From: Candidatus Kaiserbacteria bacterium
GTDB taxonomy: Bacteria > Patescibacteriota > Minisyncoccia > Phycocordibacterales > Phycocordibacteraceae
NCBI GenBank assembly: GCA_016182485.1
Contig: JACPGH010000007.1
Coordinates: 27,656-91,655, forward strand
Direction of reading: 5' to 3'
Length of the DNA stretch: 64,000 bases
A program made the translations under genes and the position numbers. Under the pieces are notes generated by a model. The model was not told where the DNA came from and did no database searches. It saw only the letters and a list, made by a program, of their open reading frames with translations. Shown here piece after piece: positions 56,555-64,000 of the stretch (positions are counted from its first letter, which is position 1; each line of letters opens with the position of its first letter).

Positions 56555-57619
56555 CTACGAGAGCACTGCGTGGATCGCTTCGCGGTGCGCGGAAATCCAG
56601 GCGTACATGTTCCGCCATCCGTCGGCAATGTTTGTGCGCGGCTCCCAACCGAGCTCGTTCTTCAGCCTGCGAACATCGGCGACAAAAATCGGCTGATCGC
56701 CGGCCCGCTCTTCCGCCCGGCGCGGATTGATTTGTTTTCCCATCTCCCCTTCTAGGTGAGCCAAAAGCTCAATGAGCGAGATCGTATTCTTCGGCCCCCC
56801 GCCGACGTTGTAGGCCTGGCCGCTAACCTTATGTATTTTTCTGATGGCAAGGTCATAGAGACGTATGAGATCCTCGACAGATAGAATATCCCGCACCTGC
56901 TTGCCGGAGCCGTAGAGCGTTATGGGTTTATCGAGGAGCACGGCTATCGTGAACCATGCGACCCAGCCCTGATCCTCTACGCCGAACTGATGCGGCCCGT
57001 AGATGCACGACTGGCGGAAGACGACGGTCCGTAGCCCATAGATACGGCTGTAGTCGATGACATACTGGTCCGCAGCTCCTTTGGAACAGCCGTACGGGGA
57101 ATGGAAATCGAGCTGCTCATGCTCCGGAACGCCATAGGTCGCGTGCCGCTTTGATACGAACAGGTGGCGCGTTTTCGCATCTTTAACGGGTAAATGCGGC
57201 AATGACCCGTAGACTTTATTCGTCGATGAATAGAGAAGAATGGGTTTTTTCTTCGAGAGGCGAATGGCTTCGAGTACGTTAAAAGTGCCGATCATATTCG
57301 TCTCGAAATCGACGCGCGGATCGGCGATCGAAGTAGTAACCGCCACTTGCGCGGCCAGATGGATGACGACGTCCGCCCGCGCCGCCTCCCGATCGAGAGC
57401 CTTCAGGTCCTTAACGACGTCTCCGCGCACAACTCTCAGCGCCCCTGGCGCGCCCCTCACTTCCTTCTTCAGCAATTTGACATTCGTTTCCGTACCCTTA
57501 CGGGAGAAATTATCGAAGATAGTGACATTGGCACCCTTCTTGAGGAAATAGTGGGAGGCATTGACACCAATAAAACCTGCTCCGCCAGTTATAAGGATAG
57601 TCTTCCGCGTCGTAGTCAT
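56555..57619 (-). CDS. NAD-dependent sugar-nucleotide epimerase/dehydratase (extended SDR, CDP-paratose-2-epimerase-like)
   Basis: ILITGGAGFIG, YxxxK (YGCSKGAAD). Start set at MTTTRK. Confidence 0.7.
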   Translation of the reverse strand: MTTTRKTILITGGAGFIGVNASHYFLKKGANVTIFDNFSRKGTETNVKLLKKEVRGAPGALRVVRGDVVKDLKALDREAARADVVIHLAAQVAVTTSIADPRVDFETNMIGTFNVLEAIRLSKKKPILLYSSTNKVYGSLPHLPVKDAKTRHLFVSKRHATYGVPEHEQLDFHSPYGCSKGAADQYVIDYSRIYGLRTVVFRQSCIYGPHQFGVEDQGWVAWFTIAVLLDKPITLYGSGKQVRDILSVEDLIRLYDLAIRKIHKVSGQAYNVGGGPKNTISLIELLAHLEGEMGKQINPRRAEERAGDQPIFVADVRRLKNELGWEPRTNIADGWRNMYAWISAHREAIHAVLS

Positions 57620-57659
57620 GCCGTGGGGACAAACCCAGTATATACTGTATGAGCTGAAG

Positions 57660-58844
57660 ATGAAAATAGCGGTCAATCTTTTCTTAGCATCGCCCAAAAG
57701 CATTACCGGCGCTTTTGTGTATATCGAGGATATTTTACCGGCGCTCTTCAAAGCTGACACGCGCCACACGTATTATCTTTTGGGGCATGCGGAGACCATC
57801 GAGTATTTCAGGTCGAAATATCGCCACTTCCCTAACGTCAAATATCGCGTGTGCGATATCCGGCGCGATATCTTAGTTAATCCGGCAAGAGCTCTGCTGA
57901 AACTCGTTGCCAAGCTCAAGAAGAACAACGAGCTCCGCGAACGAATCGTCGCTACAGAAGTCCAAACATTCTTCGACAAGAAGGATATTGACGTGTACTT
58001 CTCGCCTTCGTCGGTCATATACCCTCGCGGCCTGCACGGCGCTCGGAACATCACGACGATCCTCGACCTTCAGCCCGAGTACTTTCCTGAGAATTTCCCC
58101 CAGAGCTACCTCGCGATGCGGAGGCGCGACGCAACCTACGCTGCCCAGCACTCAGAACGCCTGATCGCCATATCTGAATACACTAAAAAAACGCTTGAAG
58201 AAAAATACGGTACTGATCCTGGGAAAATGCGGGTTATTTATTTTGCCCCGCATGAGATCGAACACACCCAGGTTGATACTGCGCTTCCGGAAGATTTTAT
58301 TTTCTACCCGGCAGCGCTGTGGCCGCACAAGAACCACCGTGTCCTGATCAAAGCCATGAGCCTGCTTAAAGGCCGCTTTCCTTCGCTGCACGCCGTATGC
58401 GCGGGCGTCGTTAAACGGAAGGAACTGAAAACAGAACTTGAAGCCCTCGCGGAAGCAGAAGGCCTTGCTGGTCAAGTAGTATTCCCGGGCTATATGTCCG
58501 GTGGCAATTTACGCCAAATCTACGCGAAAGCCAGGGCGCTCGTATTCCCCTCCGCCTTCGAGGGGTTCGGCATCCCGCTAGTGGAGGCAATGCATTTCGG
58601 CTTGCCGATCGTGGCGGCGGATAATTCGAGCATAACGGAAGTGGTGGGCGACGCGGGAATATTGGTGCAGACCGGCGATGAACATGCGCTTGCTAAGGCG
58701 ATAGAGAAAGTCTTGACCGATACGGACTTGCGGAATGAGCTTATCCGGAAAGGCCGCGAGCGCGCCAAGCTCTTCTCCTGGGATAAAACGGCCCTGGAGA
58801 CGCTCGCGGTCTTCAGAGACGCGATATCCGGGCACATTCGTTGA
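57660..58844 (+). CDS. Glycosyltransferase family 4 (GT-B, retaining)
   Basis: C-terminal EGFGIPLVEAMHFGLPIV motif. Start set at MKIAVN. Confidence 0.75.
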   Translation: MKIAVNLFLASPKSITGAFVYIEDILPALFKADTRHTYYLLGHAETIEYFRSKYRHFPNVKYRVCDIRRDILVNPARALLKLVAKLKKNNELRERIVATEVQTFFDKKDIDVYFSPSSVIYPRGLHGARNITTILDLQPEYFPENFPQSYLAMRRRDATYAAQHSERLIAISEYTKKTLEEKYGTDPGKMRVIYFAPHEIEHTQVDTALPEDFIFYPAALWPHKNHRVLIKAMSLLKGRFPSLHAVCAGVVKRKELKTELEALAEAEGLAGQVVFPGYMSGGNLRQIYAKARALVFPSAFEGFGIPLVEAMHFGLPIVAADNSSITEVVGDAGILVQTGDEHALAKAIEKVLTDTDLRNELIRKGRERAKLFSWDKTALETLAVFRDAISGHIR

Positions 58845-58912
58845 GCCGTAATCCTTCCTCTCCGTCTCTCCCGCACCTATCCCCATTTATTCACGGTCGT
58901 ACACAAATAGCG

Positions 58913-59503
58913 TCAATCAGAATGCGGCAGGTTGAAATGCTCACGGAGATGGCGGTCATTTTCTATTTCCTGAACAACCATATACAAAACCGCGGAGCCG
59001 ATTTTTAGCTCTGCCTTAAGGAGCGCGAGTACCTCTTCGCAATCATACGGATACACCCACACGCTGTCCTGCAATCTTTTAAAGCCGAAAGATTCCATGA
59101 ATCTCCGCAGCCGATCGCGAACCCTTCTCCTCTTTTCGGAAATATCGAACACGATGACGCGCCAGTTCTGATCCCATTTCCTTTTTCTTTCCGGACTCAT
59201 GAACTCTTGCAATCCCTTGCTGAAAAGGAGCATTTTCCCCTCCTTAGTCGTACGCGCGTACCACTTCCCGTCCTCCTGTACGAACTTAACCAATCCGGCT
59301 TCTTTTAGCCTCCCGAGCGCGCGCTTGTTTTGATACTTAAATCTTGCATTATTTATCCCTGATATCCGCTTCAGCAATTGAAACGGGTCGGGTATACGCC
59401 CTCCGATGAGAATGAGACCTGCTCCCAAACAGGCCAGGAGCAATGCAGTTCGTAATTGCCGTTTCCGCCGCCTCACGCGTACTTTCCCCTCAACCGTGTT
59501 CAT
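58913..59503 (-). CDS. Membrane-anchored protein with wHTH-like segment and a C-terminal PaaX_C/Cas2-like motif
   Basis: Basic N-terminus + TM (LLLACLGAGLILIGG), GRLKEAGLVKF…WYARTTKEGK, then WRVIVFDISEKRRRVRDRLRRFMESFGFKRLQDSVWVYP. Confidence 0.35.
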   Translation of the reverse strand: MNTVEGKVRVRRRKRQLRTALLLACLGAGLILIGGRIPDPFQLLKRISGINNARFKYQNKRALGRLKEAGLVKFVQEDGKWYARTTKEGKMLLFSKGLQEFMSPERKRKWDQNWRVIVFDISEKRRRVRDRLRRFMESFGFKRLQDSVWVYPYDCEEVLALLKAELKIGSAVLYMVVQEIENDRHLREHFNLPHSD

Positions 59504-59641
59504 ATGTACATGATGACATCAGTATATCTCTACCCAGTCGCTATCCCCATTTGTTTACGGTCGTACAAAATAGCGTCGTATACCTAGCGGCACACATAAG
59601 CGACACCCCGAACGATGAGTTTTACGCTGCGGTATGGAGTT

Positions 59642-60883
59642 TTATACGCTGCGGTATGCGGCGAGATAGCGCGCAATATATGTATCGAAATTGAAATCTT
59701 TCAAGACTCTCTCCCGACCGGCGCGGCCTATGGCGGCTGCTTTTTCCGGATCTTGCAAAAGAGCGAGAGTCTTATCGGCTATTTCCCGCGATTGAAACGG
59801 ATTGACGACGTAGCCTGTCTCCCCGTCGACGACGAGCTCTGGCGCCCCGCCGAATTTCGTAGCAATGAGCGGTTTGCCTGCAGCGGACGCTTCAAGCGCC
59901 GAACGCGGGAAGGCGTCGAAGTAGGGAGAAGGAACCCATACAATGTCGCTCGCACAGTAGGCAACAATCTTTTCTTCGCCCGAAAGCCAGCCGGTAAAGA
60001 CCACATCCAGCCGAGGATTACTATCCCTATTTTTAGACGACCGTTCAAAAATGGGGATGTCTCTCTTTATCGCTTCGGCGTTTTCATCTTTCCCCATTAC
60101 CACCAGAACGGCATGGGGCATTCGCTCAGCCACGAGGCGCATAGCTTTGACGGCCTCTCGCCTCGCGCCGAGCCGGCCGCCGAAGAGGACAACCTTCTTC
60201 CCTATAAGCCCACGGTGGCTCTTGAACGCGGTTACCGCCTCGGCGCTTGCCTGCCAAGCGGCGGCGTCAATACCGGTATGTATTGCCGCAACCGAGCGAA
60301 TTCCGTTCTTCTCGAGCACTTCTTTGAGCGCCTCGCTTACCGCGAACCGGGCATCGGCATAGTTCAAGTATCTTCGTATCAGAAAATTGCGCAAGGGATT
60401 GTAGCGCTTTCCCGCTTGCCGCAGGTTATCGCGCCACGAAAGGCGCGGATCGAGTTTTTGGAAATACTTATCAGTCGCCAGTTTGCCGTAACTTACCGCC
60501 ATCGCATCGCGCGCAGTCCAGACGACCCTCTTCGCATAACGCTTCGCGATTTTGAGGCAATGATATGAAAGATAACAATGAATGTTGTTGGCATGCACGA
60601 CGTCCGGTTGTATCTTTTTCAATATGAATTCCACCTGCCGGATGACAGACGGATTGTAAAGAGACACCCAAGGGCGCCAGCGCTCGTGATAATCGCTAGC
60701 TATCTTGAAAACTGTGAGGCCTTGACAATACGACTCTCCTGCTTCGCTCTCTTTCCTACAGGCGGTAATTACAAAAACCTCGTGACCGGCTTTCTGCATT
60801 CCGACAGCGAGCTCGTAGGCAGAAATCCCTGCTCCTCCGAAACTTTGCGGAGGAAAATCGTCCTGCAAAAAGAGAATCTTCAT
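59642..60883 (-). CDS. Glycosyltransferase family 4 (GT-B)
   Basis: MKILFLQDDFPPQSFGGAGI… N-terminus; C-terminal E-x7-E region. Confidence 0.75.
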   Translation of the reverse strand: MKILFLQDDFPPQSFGGAGISAYELAVGMQKAGHEVFVITACRKESEAGESYCQGLTVFKIASDYHERWRPWVSLYNPSVIRQVEFILKKIQPDVVHANNIHCYLSYHCLKIAKRYAKRVVWTARDAMAVSYGKLATDKYFQKLDPRLSWRDNLRQAGKRYNPLRNFLIRRYLNYADARFAVSEALKEVLEKNGIRSVAAIHTGIDAAAWQASAEAVTAFKSHRGLIGKKVVLFGGRLGARREAVKAMRLVAERMPHAVLVVMGKDENAEAIKRDIPIFERSSKNRDSNPRLDVVFTGWLSGEEKIVAYCASDIVWVPSPYFDAFPRSALEASAAGKPLIATKFGGAPELVVDGETGYVVNPFQSREIADKTLALLQDPEKAAAIGRAGRERVLKDFNFDTYIARYLAAYRSV

Positions 60884-60891
60884 TTTGGGAT

Positions 60892-62397
60892 TTATCGTTC
60901 GATCTTATAGAAAACAAAAGATTCATTTTCTTCGACAACAACTGCGTGCTTGCCAGCCTTCCGTATCAGATTCGTTACAGTAGCAGCGTTACTCCTTCCT
61001 AACACCGCATATTGGGTGCCGTTCTTAATCAATGATATGAGCTCTTTCTCATTCGCAGGGTAGTTCCTGTCCCCCCACGAGGAAAGATGCGGGAGAAGAT
61101 ATACTGGCAGACTATTAAAATTGTATGCGTTATTATGCGCGTAAAACACCATGTCGGTATGCTCATCAATAAGAACTGAATCTTGCGGGGAAATTTCGCG
61201 TTGCGCTAGAAAAACCAGAGCCGCGTCGTCCCTTCGCGCGTTGTATCGAGAGACAGAGGTAAATGTCGAATAGGGGTACGGAACTAATTCGCTGCCGACG
61301 AATAATACAATACACCCTAGGAGCGCGCCGATTGCTTTTTTCTCAATTCTCTTATGCTGTACGGAGAGAGATAATATCGTTAGAACGGTCATAGTAAAGG
61401 CAAGTATCCCGAAACGGCTGTATATGAGCAGGATCGGGGACAATGACGAAACAAGCCAAATCAAGACATAAAACGCAATTGGGGTGAGCGAAACGGCTGC
61501 GAACGCTATGCTGCACTCGTACGGTTGAACCACTGCCTTAACGCGTTGATACACGCGTAGCATTAGGAATGCGAGCACTGCCCCAATAGCCGCTAGTACA
61601 GACAGAAAAATAGGGTGCTGAAGCGCTCTAGTCGCCAACGGCGGCAGAATTATCGGATACCCGACCCAGAAGACGTACGTAAAAACTATTGCCGCCCATG
61701 CTAGCCAATTAAGAAAAAGTAGTTTGCTGACGCGGTGGTTTTGTCTTTCGAAGCGTTCTCGAATGAATACATATGCTATTGCCGCGGCAGAAAAAATGAG
61801 GGCTTCTTCTCTCACAAAAAGAAGCAGGTTGAGAAAAAACAGGTTCTCGGCTAGACCGCGCCGACAGATAATCGAAAGGGTGAACAATATCGAAAAAGAG
61901 GAAAGGAGTACCCAAGGGGAGAGGTTCCCTGCCATGGTAATGACACTGCTGGGATATATCGCGCTGGCTATCACACCCGCAAGCAATAAAAAGGCGGAAG
62001 CGCTGCGCGGCTTCCACGCGATAACAGCTATATAAATCAGCGGTAAAAAATATAATACGGTCCACACGAGAAATAGAAAGAATACCGACGGAACCGCGCT
62101 ATACAGCAACGCATTGAAAAGTTTTACCGGTTCAAAATGAATCCAATGATAAAGCCCTTCCCCGCCATCAATTCCCTGCATGAAAAACATGTTATTGCCG
62201 GTTATGTCGGCAGCGAGGTGCTTCTGCAGGTTTGGATTGAATGCTTTTACAGCGAAGGGCAAATAATAGGTCCCCTCAAAACTAAGCGCTCTGTACTTAA
62301 TATTAGCCAGCGCGGAAGAGACCAGCACCAGGGCGCAAAACAATAATATGGAAAGCAGCGGCACGGTATGGATTCGAAAGAATGCGGAGATATGCAT
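60892..62397 (-). CDS. GT-C fold membrane glycosyltransferase (ArnT/PMT-like, GT39/83)
   Basis: ~11 TM helices followed by a soluble C-terminal domain. Neighbours an ArnE/F-like small transporter gene. Confidence 0.5.
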   Translation of the reverse strand: MHISAFFRIHTVPLLSILLFCALVLVSSALANIKYRALSFEGTYYLPFAVKAFNPNLQKHLAADITGNNMFFMQGIDGGEGLYHWIHFEPVKLFNALLYSAVPSVFFLFLVWTVLYFLPLIYIAVIAWKPRSASAFLLLAGVIASAIYPSSVITMAGNLSPWVLLSSFSILFTLSIICRRGLAENLFFLNLLLFVREEALIFSAAAIAYVFIRERFERQNHRVSKLLFLNWLAWAAIVFTYVFWVGYPIILPPLATRALQHPIFLSVLAAIGAVLAFLMLRVYQRVKAVVQPYECSIAFAAVSLTPIAFYVLIWLVSSLSPILLIYSRFGILAFTMTVLTILSLSVQHKRIEKKAIGALLGCIVLFVGSELVPYPYSTFTSVSRYNARRDDAALVFLAQREISPQDSVLIDEHTDMVFYAHNNAYNFNSLPVYLLPHLSSWGDRNYPANEKELISLIKNGTQYAVLGRSNAATVTNLIRKAGKHAVVVEENESFVFYKIER

Positions 62398-62404
62398 GAA
62401 AATT

Positions 62405-63451
62405 TCAAAATATATACTTAGCCAGCTTTAGAATGCCCTGATCCCAGGGCACTCGATGCGAAACACCGCTCGCACGAAACTCCGATCGATGTTCTAGAAA
62501 CCATTCATAGTTACGAATAAGAGCTTGTTTATTTGAGTAACGAGGGTGCCAATCAAGCTTCTGTTCCGCCTTTTCTATCGAAACGAAACTGTCTTTGGAG
62601 GCGGTCTCATATACCCATTTATACAGCGGCGAGAGATGTAGAAATTCCAATATACGCAGCGCCAAAATGATCGGCGCCGCTGGTAATCCGATTATGCGTT
62701 TATGGAAACCGGCTTTATCAAGCACCGCCTGATAATCTTCTTTCATAGTCGTAAATTCTTTAGCGCCGACGTTGAACGTGTCGTTTACTAGCTCTTTTGG
62801 CTTCGTTGCGGTCAGATAAATTGCGTCGCACAGATCCTCGACATCGAGGAGCTGATATCGATTAAGGCCATTCCCTATCATCGGGAAATTCTTTCCGTCA
62901 GCCGCCCAATCATAGAAGAGCGCGAATACGCCAAGGCGCTCAGGGCCTACAAATGATTTGGGGCGGAGAATCGGCACTATGACGCCCTTGGCACGATATT
63001 CCTGGCACAATCGTTCTGCTTTAATTTTCGCCTTGCCGTATTCACCCACGCCGTCGAGCGCATCATTTTCGAAAAGCGGGTGGTGGTCAGGAATTCCATA
63101 GACCGCAGTCGATGAGATTTGTATCACGCGCGAAATTCCGTTTTGAAACGCAGCTTCAAGCACGTTCCTGGTGCCATAAACATCGGTCGAATGAATATCC
63201 TCCGCGTTGTAGAGAGGCAGTGCCGCCGCGGCATGGATTACAACATCGCACTCGCGCATGGTCAATTTCAATTTTTCGAAGTCTCGGATGTCGCCAGTAA
63301 TGGCTGTCATCCGGCTTTTTTCCGGATACTCGAACTGAACTAGGTCATACGAAACGACTTTGTGTCCGCGCGCGAGCAAATGGCGCACCATATTAATGCC
63401 CAGAAACCCGGCTCCGCCGGTTATAAAAAATGTATGCGCCGCTTCAGGCAT
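62405..63451 (-). CDS. NAD-dependent epimerase/dehydratase (SDR family)
   Basis: FITGGAGFLG, YGKAK (YxxxK). Confidence 0.75.
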   Translation of the reverse strand: MPEAAHTFFITGGAGFLGINMVRHLLARGHKVVSYDLVQFEYPEKSRMTAITGDIRDFEKLKLTMRECDVVIHAAAALPLYNAEDIHSTDVYGTRNVLEAAFQNGISRVIQISSTAVYGIPDHHPLFENDALDGVGEYGKAKIKAERLCQEYRAKGVIVPILRPKSFVGPERLGVFALFYDWAADGKNFPMIGNGLNRYQLLDVEDLCDAIYLTATKPKELVNDTFNVGAKEFTTMKEDYQAVLDKAGFHKRIIGLPAAPIILALRILEFLHLSPLYKWVYETASKDSFVSIEKAEQKLDWHPRYSNKQALIRNYEWFLEHRSEFRASGVSHRVPWDQGILKLAKYIF

Positions 63452-63794
63452 AAAGCAGAATGACGCCGAGAACGATCAGCGAGAGACCGCTTGCCTGCAG
63501 ATACGACAAAGATTCGCCGAAGATAAATGCCGATGCTGTAGTGATAATAAGTAATCCGCCGATAATCATCGTTGGATATGCGAGCGAAAGCGGCAGGCGC
63601 GTGAGCGCATATGAATAAAAAACGACATTAAGCGCAAAAAGTATGATGCCGCCGACCAGATAAGGATTCGTTAATACGCGCGGCATGGTCGCGAATGAAA
63701 GACCTTCAGTTAATACAGGCGAGCCCGCCTTCAGAGACACATTTGCAGCCGCGTTGAGAATTAAAGCTAAACCGAGCGCAAGCCAATTCATCAT
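63444..63794 (-). CDS. Small 4-TM EamA/SMR-like transporter subunit (ArnE/ArnF-like undecaprenyl-phosphate-sugar flippase)
   Basis: 116 aa with four hydrophobic helices. Overlaps the upstream epimerase by 8 nt. Confidence 0.5.
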   Translation of the reverse strand: MMNWLALGLALILNAAANVSLKAGSPVLTEGLSFATMPRVLTNPYLVGGIILFALNVVFYSYALTRLPLSLAYPTMIIGGLLIITTASAFIFGESLSYLQASGLSLIVLGVILLYA

Positions 63795-64000
63795 ACGAAT
63801 AATGATACGATATTTTCTAGAATATACGAAAGGCGTACGCTGAGCTTCTCCGATTTTGAACGCTTTGGGCGGACGTGCAGAAAGGGTGCCTCTAGCATAT
63901 ACGCGAACAAACCGTCCGTAACAAGTTTGTCGCCAATGACAAGAAATGGCGGCGGGGCTGTTAAACCGCGCGCCGCACGTTTGAATGGCTTCCCCGCCGG

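Overview
The window is a high-GC (~60%) bacterial chromosomal segment with weak or absent Shine-Dalgarno signals; the split transketolase and abundant four-helix-bundle (4HB) genes fit a CPR/Patescibacteria-like lineage, but that assignment is inference. Read left to right it contains: an RNase P RNA gene (rnpB) carrying two copies of a 72-nt hairpin repeat; a REPtron (RAYT/IS200-like HUH transposase between inverted pairs of a 21-bp REP palindrome); a class-II-like ribonucleotide reductase; tRNA-Ser(GGA); housekeeping genes (htpX, NUDIX, LemA, cupredoxin, malic enzyme, recG, a PfkB kinase); and a pentose-phosphate cluster (split transketolase, rpe, rpiB, gap). The dominant feature is a 19-kb, 6352-aa ORF: a giant membrane-anchored fibre/adhesin-like protein with a cytoplasmic MerR/excisionase-type HTH N-terminus and, from its DNA, dozens of phage-tail-fibre-like GNVGIGTTSP repeats. 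Its C-terminus has two tandem peptidase-S74-like intramolecular chaperone domains and DUF5011-like Ig domains. Next come a small HTH+TM paralogue, gatB, obg, a second 4HB gene, secA, and a ~19-kb surface-glycan locus (Wzy-like ligase, gmd, fcl, Wzx, GT2::Zn-ADH fusion, cytidylyltransferase, methyltransferase, epimerases, GT4s, ArnT/ArnE-like). Two families of AT-rich imperfect-palindrome elements ('caattttcaa/ttgaaaattg' and 'caagaacca/ttggttctt') fill almost every spacer. Each family has one copy with a 4HB protein gene in its loop, and fragments of both occur in frame inside essential genes.
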